Below are positions 1 to 8,798 of a DNA stretch of 49,103 nucleotides, piece after piece (within the stretch, counting starts at the first letter, position 1; each line of letters starts with the position of its first letter). Position numbers and translations under genes: made by a program. Under the pieces are notes generated by a model. It was given only the letters and a program-made list of their open reading frames with translations. It was not told the origin of the DNA and did not search any database. The DNA is taken from assembly GCA_011372875.1 (NCBI GenBank), contig DSAD01000259.1, forward strand, positions 1 to 49,103, given 5' to 3'. The DNA comes from Deltaproteobacteria bacterium. Its GTDB lineage: Bacteria > Desulfobacterota > Desulfomonilia > UBA1062.

Positions 1-139
1 CATGCAGACAGCGCTTCATGGAGGTATGCTTCCTGTCGGGGTTCTGTGGGGGTATCAGGATAAGGATAGTCTGATGTCGAGCGGGGCCGATACACTTATA
101 TCAGATCCGCTCGATCTGCTCGAGTTTTTCAAGGGATAA
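1..139 (+). CDS. 3-prime end of a HAD-superfamily phosphatase (phosphoglycolate-phosphatase-like), truncated by the window edge
   Basis: Frame 2 reads MQTALHGGMLPVGVLWGYQDKDSLMSSGADTLISDPLDLLEFFKG and stops at TAA 137-139. The AGM-x-VGV-x-WGY ... GAD-x-LI tail is typical of HAD-IA phosphatase C-termini. It is absent from the ORF track because no start lies in the window. Confidence 0.5.
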   Translation, partial: MQTALHGGMLPVGVLWGYQDKDSLMSSGADTLISDPLDLLEFFKG

Positions 140-259
140 AATATTGTGATAGCCTGATAGGTTATGAGGATATCCATATTGGTGCTGATATGTAATGATT
201 GCCTATTCCGGAATGTCCGTCTGGATCGTCATATGCAAAACCACTTCGGTCTTGCCGGA

Positions 260-1396
260 TCAGGCCATAGATAACCCGATCGATTCTTTCCCGCAGGCAT
301 GTGTCTCGTATTCTATCCTGTTCTTTCCCGTTGTCTTGGCGCGGTATAGTGCCGTATCCGCCCTTCCAATCAGGGCGTCAATGGATTCAGCGGGATGATA
401 CCTGGAGACACCCATTGATATGGTGATGCGAAAATCACCGGGCAGTCCTTTAAATCTTAAGTTCGAGGCAAGCTCTTTTATCCTGTTGGCACAGACCAGG
501 GCATCATCGAGATCAGGGTAGGCGAAGATCACTACAAATTCCTCGCCTCCATAGCGGGCAATATAGTCCTGTTCGCGTATATCTTCCTTTACTGCCATAA
601 CCAGGGTCTTCAATACCATATCTCCCTTGAGATGTCCGAAGGTGTCGTTGACCTGCTTGAAGTTGTCCAGGTCGAAGATGCACAGGGAGAACGATGGTTC
701 GCCTCGATCTGCCAGGGCCTTTTCGCGCTGGAGGATCTTCATCATCTGGCGGCGGTTGTACACCTGCGTCAGATCATCGATGATAGCAGATTGTCTGATA
801 ATATCGTTTGCCTTCTTCAGTTCGATATTGGTCTTTACCAGTCTTGATCTCAGGTGTTTGATATAGCTGCCGATCGCAGAAAACCAGGACAGTACAACTG
901 CAAGTACCATCCAGTAGAGTACCTCGACATTCAGATCGATCTTCTCGGGGTGATTGGCTAATAACAAGAGGATGACGTAACCATAGCCCGTCAATGCGTA
1001 TAATTCCAGGATGAGAAACTGACGAAGCTGAAGACGGAAAACGCCGAAGATGAATACAACCAGATAGATCAGGAGCAGGGTGCCTCGAACCTCATCCGTG
1101 TAATATGTTACGACCATTGCCACAAAGGTGCCGAACAGCATCTGGAGCATGGTAAGGCTCGGGTCCTTGAAATGTTTGTTGAGCCCGGTTCTGAAGGTGA
1201 TATAAAATGCAATATTCATCAGGATTACAGAGGAAAACCATGCAATGGTGTTCTGAAGGGACATTCGGAAGAAACCCTGGTAATAACAGTATCCTACAAG
1301 GACCATCCACATGAGGTAGGAAAAGAATGCCATGAAGAATCTGCGTATCCGCAGTGTCTGGTCAATATCGTCTGTCGGGATTAGTCTTAAGTTCAA
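260..1396 (-). CDS. Membrane-anchored diguanylate cyclase (GGDEF domain)
   Basis: 378 aa. The N-terminal half is about 6 hydrophobic helices. The C-terminal GGDEF domain has an intact RYGGEEF active site and an RxxD I-site (REQD) five residues upstream. TTG start at 1396 with GAAGAGGG 9 nt upstream. Confidence 0.9.
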   Translation of the reverse strand: MNLRLIPTDDIDQTLRIRRFFMAFFSYLMWMVLVGYCYYQGFFRMSLQNTIAWFSSVILMNIAFYITFRTGLNKHFKDPSLTMLQMLFGTFVAMVVTYYTDEVRGTLLLIYLVVFIFGVFRLQLRQFLILELYALTGYGYVILLLLANHPEKIDLNVEVLYWMVLAVVLSWFSAIGSYIKHLRSRLVKTNIELKKANDIIRQSAIIDDLTQVYNRRQMMKILQREKALADRGEPSFSLCIFDLDNFKQVNDTFGHLKGDMVLKTLVMAVKEDIREQDYIARYGGEEFVVIFAYPDLDDALVCANRIKELASNLRFKGLPGDFRITISMGVSRYHPAESIDALIGRADTALYRAKTTGKNRIEYETHACGKESIGLSMA

Positions 1397-1576
1397 TATA
1401 GTGTGCCCTCTTCAGAGTTGCTGGGTTCTTTTAGGTTCTTTTATGTATCGGTATGATTGACCAAAATATCAAGGGTCTTTTTTATACTTTTATCAGAATC
1501 ATCCAATGAGATGCCGGAGAATAAAGTGCACTCATACATCATGCCTTCAGGGAGACATGATGCAGGCGGAATATGA

Positions 1577-1930
1577 TCATTCGTTTATATGTTCAAACCC
1601 TTGTGCGAGAACCTGCTTGATATGTCTGTCATTGAGTGAGTAGTATACGAGTTTTCCTGATTTCCTGGATTTTATCAACCGTGAGCGGTTCAGTAACCTG
1701 AGCTGGTGGGAGATCGCGGAATGATTCATTTCGAGCAGGGCTGCAATATCACTCACACATAATTCCGATGCCCCCAGGGCAAAAAGTATCTTTATCCTTG
1801 TGGGATCACAAAAGAGCTTGAAGAAATCCGCAAGATCATTGAGTATGCGCTCATTGTCCGGCATAAGTTTTCTGATATTTTTTACAATATCGACATGAAC
1901 AGCACAATCCATATGGGATGGATCATTCAT
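1577..1930 (-). CDS. ArsR/SmtB-family metalloregulator (winged HTH)
   Basis: 117 aa. HTH signature ELCVSDIAALLEMNHSAISHQLRLL. The C-terminal DRH-x10-H-x2-E matches the alpha5 metal-site pattern of SmtB/CzrA-type sensors. Confidence 0.9.
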   Translation of the reverse strand: MNDPSHMDCAVHVDIVKNIRKLMPDNERILNDLADFFKLFCDPTRIKILFALGASELCVSDIAALLEMNHSAISHQLRLLNRSRLIKSRKSGKLVYYSLNDRHIKQVLAQGFEHINE

Positions 1931-1970
1931 TGACTGATAGTTTATGTCTATATGACCTGTATGTCAATAC

Positions 1971-1995
1971 GGTTTATCATGGTTTGTCATGGTTT
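1971..1995. promoter_or_regulatory. Three phased 10-bp repeats (ggtttatcat ggtttgtcat ggttt) in the divergent arsR-like / DUF554 intergenic region; candidate operator
   Basis: Read directly from the sequence. Periodicity is one helical turn. Function is inferred only from position between divergent genes. Confidence 0.3.
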
Positions 1996-2091
1996 TCCGT
2001 TATGCTATTCTTAAGGATTGACCCGGGACCATTGTTTGGGTAGTAGACGTATTGACATGACTGTTGCTGGGTCAGTCTCAAAGGAAGGTGT

Positions 2092-2769
2092 GTGACAGGA
2101 ACACTGGTTAATTCTTCGGCAATACTTGTTGGCTCTGTGGTCGGACTGTCTGCAGGCAACAGGATATCTCCGGGTATAAAGACCATCCTCATGCAGACCC
2201 TTGGCCTGGCTGTTCTGGTTATAGGCATTCAAATGGCGCTTTCGGGGTTTGATCTTATCCCTGCCGTGGCTTGTCTTCTTGTCGGGGGTATAACCGGCGA
2301 GTTGCTGCACATAGAAGATGGCCTTCAATGGCTGGGGCAGCATCTCAAAAACAGGTTGCGTTCGGGCTCCACGACCTTTGTACAGGGATTTGTTTCTGCA
2401 ACGCTGCTGTATCTCACTGGTGCGATGACCATAATAGGATGTATTCAAGACGGTACCGTGGGCGATGCGAGTACGCTGTATCTTAAGTCCCTGCTAGATG
2501 GCGTGGCATCCATAGCCCTTGCATCCACACTTGGAGCAGGAGTTTTATTCTCGTGCGTTTCCGTTCTCATTGTTCAGGGTGGCCTTACGATATTCGCATC
2601 GCAGATTGTCTTCCTTCAGGAACCCGAGGTGCTTGCTTCGATTACGGCCACAGGCGGCATGATCATCATCGGGATAGGGATTAACCTGATGGACATAAAG
2701 AAGATACGTGTTGGTAATCTTGTGCCTGCTATTGTATATGCCGCACTGTATCCGATTGTCTTCTTATAA
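2092..2769 (+). CDS. DUF554 (YqgA/YdfK-like) multi-pass membrane protein
   Basis: 225 aa with a GTG start after AAGGAAGG. The N-terminus MTGTLVNSSAILVGSVVG and the hydrophobic profile are typical of the DUF554 family. Confidence 0.8.
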   Translation: MTGTLVNSSAILVGSVVGLSAGNRISPGIKTILMQTLGLAVLVIGIQMALSGFDLIPAVACLLVGGITGELLHIEDGLQWLGQHLKNRLRSGSTTFVQGFVSATLLYLTGAMTIIGCIQDGTVGDASTLYLKSLLDGVASIALASTLGAGVLFSCVSVLIVQGGLTIFASQIVFLQEPEVLASITATGGMIIIGIGINLMDIKKIRVGNLVPAIVYAALYPIVFL

Positions 2770-2792
2770 TTGATTACGGGGGATGGAGGGTT

Positions 2793-3350
2793 ATGAACAG
2801 ATATTGTATCCGTCCGGAAGAGAGCATGCTGCTGGTCATTGATATTCAGCAGAGATTGTTCAATGCAATGGAAAAGGATTTCAGGGATGTCTTTGTCAGG
2901 AACTCTGGGATTATGCTCAATGTGGCAAAGGCATTCGATATGCCGATCGTGGTTTCCGAACAATATCCGCAAGGCCTCGGGAGTACCATCGATGAGATTC
3001 TTGATATTGTTGAAGATCTGCCGAGGTTTGAAAAACTGTTTTTCAGTTGCATGCGCGATCGTCTTATTCGGGAACAACTGTCGGAAAAGAGCAGGAAAAC
3101 CGTGGTTGTCATCGGCATTGAGGCACACGTATGCGTGTATCAGACCGTTATCGATCTTCTCATGGAAGGGTACCGCGCTGTTGTAGTATCCGATGCGGTG
3201 TGTTCCCGTCGCGGACACGACAGGTCTACAGCGCTTTCGGCTCTGAATGAAGCCGGTGCCTTGGTCTGCTCGACCGAGACACTGGCCTTTATGTTAATGC
3301 AGAAGGCAGGGACTCCAATATTCAAGAAACTGTCATTGTTGTTCAGATAG
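2793..3350 (+). CDS. Isochorismatase-family cysteine hydrolase
   Basis: 185 aa. LLVIDIQ (Asp), FEK (Lys) and IGIEAHVCV (Cys) form the family triad. GGAGGG RBS before ATG 2793. Confidence 0.85.
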   Translation: MNRYCIRPEESMLLVIDIQQRLFNAMEKDFRDVFVRNSGIMLNVAKAFDMPIVVSEQYPQGLGSTIDEILDIVEDLPRFEKLFFSCMRDRLIREQLSEKSRKTVVVIGIEAHVCVYQTVIDLLMEGYRAVVVSDAVCSRRGHDRSTALSALNEAGALVCSTETLAFMLMQKAGTPIFKKLSLLFR

Positions 3351-3450
3351 GATGGATTCTAAAATATATCGTACATCTTGATATTAATACCTTGAAACCA
3401 TAGTGCTTGTATGATAAAGGGCTCTCCAAAACACACGTCCTGCATAAGAA

Positions 3451-3487
3451 GCAAGGTCGCGGTGTCCCTTTAATGGATGGACCTTGC
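3451..3487 (+). promoter_or_regulatory. Stem-loop in the rpsB 5-prime leader
   Basis: gcaaggtc (3451-3458) pairs perfectly with gaccttgc (3480-3487) around a 21-nt loop. It ends 32 nt upstream of the rpsB ATG. Confidence 0.3.
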
Positions 3488-3519
3488 GGGACGGAGGAAA
3501 AAACCGAGGAGGAAACATA

Positions 3520-4425
3520 ATGTCCGTAGTAACCATGAAACAACTTTTAGAGGCAGGGGTGCATTTTGGCCACCAGACACCAAGATGGAACCCGAAAATG
3601 AAACCTTATATCTTTGGATCGAGAAACGGTATCCATATCATTGACCTTCAGAAGACGGAGAAGCTCTTTGAGAAGGCGTGTGAATTTATTAAAGAGGTCA
3701 CTTCAAACGGCGGCAAGGCCCTTTTTGTTGGTACCAAAAAACAGGCACAGGATGCAGTAGAGGAAGAAGCGACCAGGGCCGGTGCATTCTATGTGAACTA
3801 TCGCTGGCTGGGCGGTACGCTCACTAATTTCGAGACAATAAAGAAGAGCGTTGAGAAGCTCAAATGGCTTGAGCAGACCATTGATAATGGAAACATAGAT
3901 GATTATCCCAAGAAAGAGCAGATCAGCATGAAGCGACATAAAATGAAGCTGGAAAGGTCTCTTCACGGTATCAAGAATATGGAAGTTCTTCCCAACCTCA
4001 TATATATAGTCGACCCGTCACGCGAATATATTGCCATTCAGGAAGCAAGGAAATTGGGGATACCCATAGTAGCAATTGTAGATACGAATTGTGATCCTAC
4101 CCTTATCGATTATGTTATCCCGGGCAATGACGATGCCATACGGGCAATCAGGTTGTTCAGCGCCAAGGTTGCCGATGCTGTTGAACAGGGCAATAGCCTT
4201 TATCAGGAGAAGCTTCAGAGCGAGATAAAGGATGTTGATGCCGCAGCAGGGAGCGCATCGTCCTCGCAGGAGGCTGTATCCAGAGGCACCATGGGTAGAG
4301 GACTTGAAGGAGAGATCGAGATTATCGTCAAGGAAGATGATGGTCAGCGACAATCCAGCACCAAAGATACCGATGCAGTCATAACAGATACAGAAGATCA
4401 GTTCGACGAAGAAGATAATGTTTAA
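3520..4425 (+). CDS. rpsB: 30S ribosomal protein S2
   Basis: [27 protein letters not shown] is the S2 signature. ATG 3520 is preceded by GAGGAGG. The upstream TTG 3484 in the track is judged non-coding. 301 aa with an acidic tail of about 55 aa. Confidence 0.97.
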   Translation: MSVVTMKQLLEAGVHFGHQTPRWNPKMKPYIFGSRNGIHIIDLQKTEKLFEKACEFIKEVTSNGGKALFVGTKKQAQDAVEEEATRAGAFYVNYRWLGGTLTNFETIKKSVEKLKWLEQTIDNGNIDDYPKKEQISMKRHKMKLERSLHGIKNMEVLPNLIYIVDPSREYIAIQEARKLGIPIVAIVDTNCDPTLIDYVIPGNDDAIRAIRLFSAKVADAVEQGNSLYQEKLQSEIKDVDAAAGSASSSQEAVSRGTMGRGLEGEIEIIVKEDDGQRQSSTKDTDAVITDTEDQFDEEDNV

Positions 4426-4431
4426 ACAATA

Positions 4432-5043
4432 ATGGAGGCGAACGTGCAGATATCACCAGATGATGTAAAAAAACTCAGAGAGAAGACCGGCGTTGGGATC
4501 ATGGACTGTAAGAAGGCCCTCAAAGAATGTAATGGAGATTTTAACAAGGCTGTGGAGTTCTTGAGGAAAAAGGGCATTGAAGTTGCAAACAAGCGTTCCG
4601 GAAGAGAAACATCTCAGGGTATTGTAGGGTCATATATCCATATGGGCGGAAAGATCGGCGTACTCTTGGAGGTCAACTGTGAAAGCGACTTTGTTGCCAA
4701 GTCGGATAATTTTGTAAATTTTGTCAAGGATATCTCCATGCATATCGCTGCGGCAAGCCCCGACTGGGTAATGCCGGATGACATCCCGGCGGATGTTCTT
4801 GCCAAGGAAAAAGAGATCTTGAAGGAACAGGCACTGAAATCGGGAAAACCCGAGAAGATTCTTGACAAGATCGTAGAAGGAAAGATTTCAAAATTCTACG
4901 CACAGCGCTGTCTGCTGGACCAGTCCTTTGTCAAGGACGCGGACAAGACAGTGCAGCAGCTGCTGGATGAACTTATGGGCAAGACAGGCGAGAAATGTGT
5001 GATCCGGCGCTTTGTGCGTTACCAGCTGGGAGAAGAGATTTAG
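4432..5043 (+). CDS. tsf: Elongation factor Ts (short form)
   Basis: VKKLREKTGVGIMDCKKAL is the UBA-like N-terminus. The real start may be GTG 4444, which has GGAGG 5 nt upstream. Conserved rpsB-tsf order. Confidence 0.95.
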   Translation: MEANVQISPDDVKKLREKTGVGIMDCKKALKECNGDFNKAVEFLRKKGIEVANKRSGRETSQGIVGSYIHMGGKIGVLLEVNCESDFVAKSDNFVNFVKDISMHIAAASPDWVMPDDIPADVLAKEKEILKEQALKSGKPEKILDKIVEGKISKFYAQRCLLDQSFVKDADKTVQQLLDELMGKTGEKCVIRRFVRYQLGEEI

Positions 5044-5048
5044 TAAAC

Positions 5049-5771
5049 GTGTCGGCAGAATATAGACGTATCCTATTGAAACTGAGCGGTGAAGCCCTTG
5101 CCGGAGACAAAAGGTATGGCTTTGATCCCGATACGCTCCGGGCGATAACCGACAATGTCATTGATGCCCTTGATATGGGCATTCAGGTCGGCATTGTAAT
5201 AGGCGGTGGGAACATTTTCCGGGGTATGGATGCAGGTATTACGAACGACCGGGTAACTGCAGACAATATGGGTATGCTTGCTACTGTGATCAATGCGCTC
5301 GCTCTCAAAGGTTCCCTTGAAAGACAGGGGCGTCAATCAAAGGTTTTCAGCGCTGTGGATATGCCGAAAGTGGCCCAGACATTTGTTGCTTCAACGGCAA
5401 TAGATTATCTGGAAAGCTCTGGCGCAGTTATCTTTGCAGGAGGAACCGGGTGCCCGTTTTTCACTACAGATACATCTGCAGCTCTGCGTGCTTTGGAAAT
5501 ACGGGCCGACGTACTAATCAAGGCTACAAAGGTCAATGGGGTATATGATAAAGACCCTGTGAAACATCCGGATGCAATATTCTATCCCGAACTGGATTAT
5601 GACCAGGTGCTGAGTATGAATCTCCGGGTTATGGACGCGACGGCCATAAGTCTGTGCAGGGATAATGACCTGATTGTCCGGGTAATCAATATAAAAGACC
5701 CTGAGAATCTTAAAGGAGTGCTCTCGGGTAAGCCTGTCGGTTCCATCGTAAAGCCGAGGAGGGACATGTAA
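5049..5771 (+). CDS. pyrH: UMP kinase
   Basis: YRRILLKLSGEAL ... GGGNIFRG ... motifs. GTG 5049 gives the usual N-terminal length. The track ATG 4995 would overlap tsf by 49 nt. Confidence 0.95.
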   Translation: MSAEYRRILLKLSGEALAGDKRYGFDPDTLRAITDNVIDALDMGIQVGIVIGGGNIFRGMDAGITNDRVTADNMGMLATVINALALKGSLERQGRQSKVFSAVDMPKVAQTFVASTAIDYLESSGAVIFAGGTGCPFFTTDTSAALRALEIRADVLIKATKVNGVYDKDPVKHPDAIFYPELDYDQVLSMNLRVMDATAISLCRDNDLIVRVINIKDPENLKGVLSGKPVGSIVKPRRDM

Positions 5772-6328
5772 TGGTGAATGATATAATTGAAGAGATGAAA
5801 AATGATATGCTCAAATCCGCAAACTCAATGAAACTCTCTCTGATGAAGGTCAGGACAGGAAGGGCTTCGATCGGGATAATGGATGGCATTATGGTGGATT
5901 ATTACGGGACACCCACCCCCCTTAATCAGCTGGCAACCCTTGCTGTCCCGGAACCGAGGCTCATTACCATTCAGCCATGGGATAAGGGGGCTCTTGCACC
6001 CATTGAAAAGGCAATCATGAAATCAGAACTCGGGTTGACGCCGACTAATGACGGCAAGATCATACGGGTTCCCATTCCGCCCCTTAACGAAGAGCGGCGC
6101 AGGGATCTGGTAAAGATGGTAAAGAAGATAGCGGAAGATTTCAGGGTGGAGATACGAAATCACCGAAGAGGCGCCAACTCTATCCTGAAGGACCTGGAAA
6201 AGGACAAAGAGATAAACAAGGATGAACTGAAATCTTCTCAGGACAAGGTTCAGGAGATTACCGACGGGTATATAAAACAGATAGATGAGATCCTGTCTGA
6301 GAAAGAAACTGAAATCATGGAAGTATGA
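5771..6328 (+). CDS. frr: Ribosome recycling factor
   Basis: 185 aa with typical RRF sequence (RTGRASIGIMDGIMVDYYGTPTPLNQLA). Its ATG overlaps the pyrH TAA (TAATG). Confidence 0.97.
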   Translation: MVNDIIEEMKNDMLKSANSMKLSLMKVRTGRASIGIMDGIMVDYYGTPTPLNQLATLAVPEPRLITIQPWDKGALAPIEKAIMKSELGLTPTNDGKIIRVPIPPLNEERRRDLVKMVKKIAEDFRVEIRNHRRGANSILKDLEKDKEINKDELKSSQDKVQEITDGYIKQIDEILSEKETEIMEV

Positions 6329-6439
6329 AATATATATCAATAATGTTGCACCACGTTGAAACAGTCATTACACCTCGATGCCGTATCTCGCGATCTTGCA
6401 TGCAGCGGGTACGCCAGAGAAGAATCAGGAGGTGCATCT

Positions 6440-6955
6440 ATGAATTCTAACAGTAACGACATGGGATTTTCCCGGTTTATGATGTACTTTAAACCCCAGA
6501 ACCTCAGTGAGCTCAGAGTGATATCCCGAATGTTGAATCTTGCCATGGTGGATTATGTGGCTGCGGCACTCAATGCCTATATCTTCAAGAAAGAAAACGA
6601 ATATGGAGGCACTATCCCGTCCCGTGCAAAAAAAAGGTATGTAGGTCCGAGAGCCGATACATCGGAAAAGAGAATACGCTATGTTATGCGCCTGGACAAG
6701 GATACAGTCGAGAAGATAAGAGACATAGCATGCATGGACAACAGAAGATTCACGCATGTGTGCGACGAGGCACTGAATAATTTCATCGCATTCACGAAGA
6801 AGGAGAAAAATTTCAAGAATGTGTGGATGGCAAGGGCTGATGTCGAGGCTGTTCGGGGAAGAAAAAGTGTACAGTCTTCACATGAGATAGAGATACTCCT
6901 GAGTCAGTATAAATCCTTTGAAGGGGCTTTTCATAAAGGGCGGTTGCAGAAATAA
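6440..6955 (+). CDS. Hypothetical protein with two tandem ribbon-helix-helix-like modules
   Basis: 171 aa from ATG 6440 (AGGAGG 7 nt upstream). Two segments, FSRFMMYFKPQNLSELRVISRMLNLAMVDYVAAALNAYI and IRYVMRLDKDTVEKIRDIACMDNRRFTHVCDEALNNFI, fit the strand-helix-helix pattern of CopG/Arc. Fold is assigned by eye only. Confidence 0.5.
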   Translation: MNSNSNDMGFSRFMMYFKPQNLSELRVISRMLNLAMVDYVAAALNAYIFKKENEYGGTIPSRAKKRYVGPRADTSEKRIRYVMRLDKDTVEKIRDIACMDNRRFTHVCDEALNNFIAFTKKEKNFKNVWMARADVEAVRGRKSVQSSHEIEILLSQYKSFEGAFHKGRLQK

Positions 6956-7035
6956 CACAGACACTCTTTCAAGATCAGGTCGAGGATTACAGGGCAGCAC
7001 CGGTTGACAACAGCTCAGTTTTATCCCTGTTTCTC

Positions 7036-8511
7036 TTGAGTGAAGGCAGGGATCCCGGACAGTGGTTCAAGGCATGCTTTGCCGGTACGGTCTTCTGTAT
7101 TGTCTGGTATACCTTCTTCGGTCTCTTTTTTGTGCGCCTTCATGCAGGCATGATCTCTTCGCAGATGGAGTTGATGCTTTTCTATGACATGACGCCGCTG
7201 GTCATGCCCGATGATGAATATCTCGTATCCTTGATCCATCAGCTGGGGAGTTCCTTGTTTTTCGGGTGTACGACCGGTGTTCTCAATGCCATGATTGCCA
7301 TGGTGGCATCGATGTCTCCCTGGATGCAGAGACGGTTTGCCCGGCATGATGTCTTTGTCTTCATCCTGCTTGGATGTACATTCACCTTTCTTGGTTTCAG
7401 CGCTGAGATGCCCTTTGTTTCGGCAGTATTCGGTTTTGTCTGCCCGGCAGTCTTTTTTGTGCCATGGGCGGTTATCTCTCGAAGAGGCGGCAATACAAGG
7501 ACACCGTACCGGAAATGGCTGGTCATGGTCCTGATAGTGATATTACCATTTCTGAGTCTGCTGGCGTTTTCTCGGGCATCTTTTGAAACCGTTCGCGATT
7601 CAATGCTGGAAATACCCGGAGCAAGATCTCTGAGTACCTTCTATTATGACCATACCTACCTTGCAGCTCATATTATAAAGCCGCCCTCGGCATATGAACA
7701 GAAGGTTATCGCCATATCGAGCGATGTCACACGGATCGGCCCCAGGCCCCACGGCACCTTGTGGGTGCGTGCGGAAGATCCCTGCGCAGTGCAGGGAAGC
7801 ACCATTGCAGCTAGCACATCTCCTGAAGTATGCCCGTCAGTCATGCTCTCTGATCGGGATTTGCTCAATATCTCCGGCAGGATTATGCAAGAGCTCCACA
7901 GTACATATGATTATAACGAGAAGATACGTTCCGGCATCGGCCTGTTCTTCTATAAAGGGCCTTTGGTTGTTATACCGGTCTTGTTTATGCTGTGGTTCTC
8001 CTTGTTTCTTGCAAGATTGTTCGAAAGGGGCAAGATAGCAGCCGGTGTTGTGATTCTGGGATATCTGGGATGTTTTCTGTACCCTTTCCATACGATAATT
8101 CTTCAATGCCAGCTTCGCGAAAATCCACAACTTATCCATGAGTTCGTGCTTTCAGAACATGTCAGCAAACGGTATCTGGCACTCAAGACATTCCCTGAAG
8201 AGATCAGGAAACACGAACTCATAAGGTTCTCACGCGACCCCAGTGCGAGGATCCGTCTCAATGCAATTTACGAGGCAGGAAATCGCAAGGACCCTGAATT
8301 CATGAAGATGTTTGAGGAAGCACTTCGTGATGACCAGCTCAATGTCAGGACCAGGGCTTGCCTGGGGCTCGGTAATCTTGGGGACAGGAATGCCCTCTTT
8401 CTGCTTGAAAAGGTTTTGCACAATGACCCATCATGGTATGTGAGAGGATATGCATATCGGGCAATAGGCCGAATACGGCCCATTACCAGGAGTGTGGTCT
8501 TTCAGGGATAA
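7036..8511 (+). CDS. Polytopic membrane protein with C-terminal HEAT (PBS-lyase-like) repeats
   Basis: 491 aa with about 8 hydrophobic segments. The tail carries repeated DPSARIRLNAIYEAG / DDQLNVRTRACLGLG / DPSWYVRGYAYRAIG HEAT-like units. The start is uncertain: TTG 7036, with the first ATG at 7150. Confidence 0.7.
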   Translation: MSEGRDPGQWFKACFAGTVFCIVWYTFFGLFFVRLHAGMISSQMELMLFYDMTPLVMPDDEYLVSLIHQLGSSLFFGCTTGVLNAMIAMVASMSPWMQRRFARHDVFVFILLGCTFTFLGFSAEMPFVSAVFGFVCPAVFFVPWAVISRRGGNTRTPYRKWLVMVLIVILPFLSLLAFSRASFETVRDSMLEIPGARSLSTFYYDHTYLAAHIIKPPSAYEQKVIAISSDVTRIGPRPHGTLWVRAEDPCAVQGSTIAASTSPEVCPSVMLSDRDLLNISGRIMQELHSTYDYNEKIRSGIGLFFYKGPLVVIPVLFMLWFSLFLARLFERGKIAAGVVILGYLGCFLYPFHTIILQCQLRENPQLIHEFVLSEHVSKRYLALKTFPEEIRKHELIRFSRDPSARIRLNAIYEAGNRKDPEFMKMFEEALRDDQLNVRTRACLGLGNLGDRNALFLLEKVLHNDPSWYVRGYAYRAIGRIRPITRSVVFQG

Positions 8512-8798
8512 AGATATTTTTTACCCGAAGACTGGCTGTGCGAAGACTGCTCAATCGTAAGTGCGGGGATGCCTCATTTTATTCGTGGAGATAAGAGACA
8601 CCATGCCTTTCTCGCTGTACTTGCCACAACACATTATCCCATTCTTGGGGAGTGGTCACAGATGAGGGAGTGATCAAACGGCTTTACGACATCTTGTATT
8701 TCAATGCGAACATAAGCAGCTCCCGTATGGTATTGGCCGGTTGTGTTGTTTGATTTTATATGTTAGGCATCATGTGATATTTCAGGAGAAGGATACCA

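Noticed and set aside
3484-3519. Upstream alternative starts offered by the ORF track: rpsB 3484, pyrH 4995, pssA 32245, leuD 35732, MFP 38287, pyk 42656, Sel1 47696, DUF465 28228, PilZ-PilZ 18657
   Set aside because: In each case a downstream start has a proper Shine-Dalgarno, restores the family-typical N-terminus, and removes long overlaps with the preceding gene.
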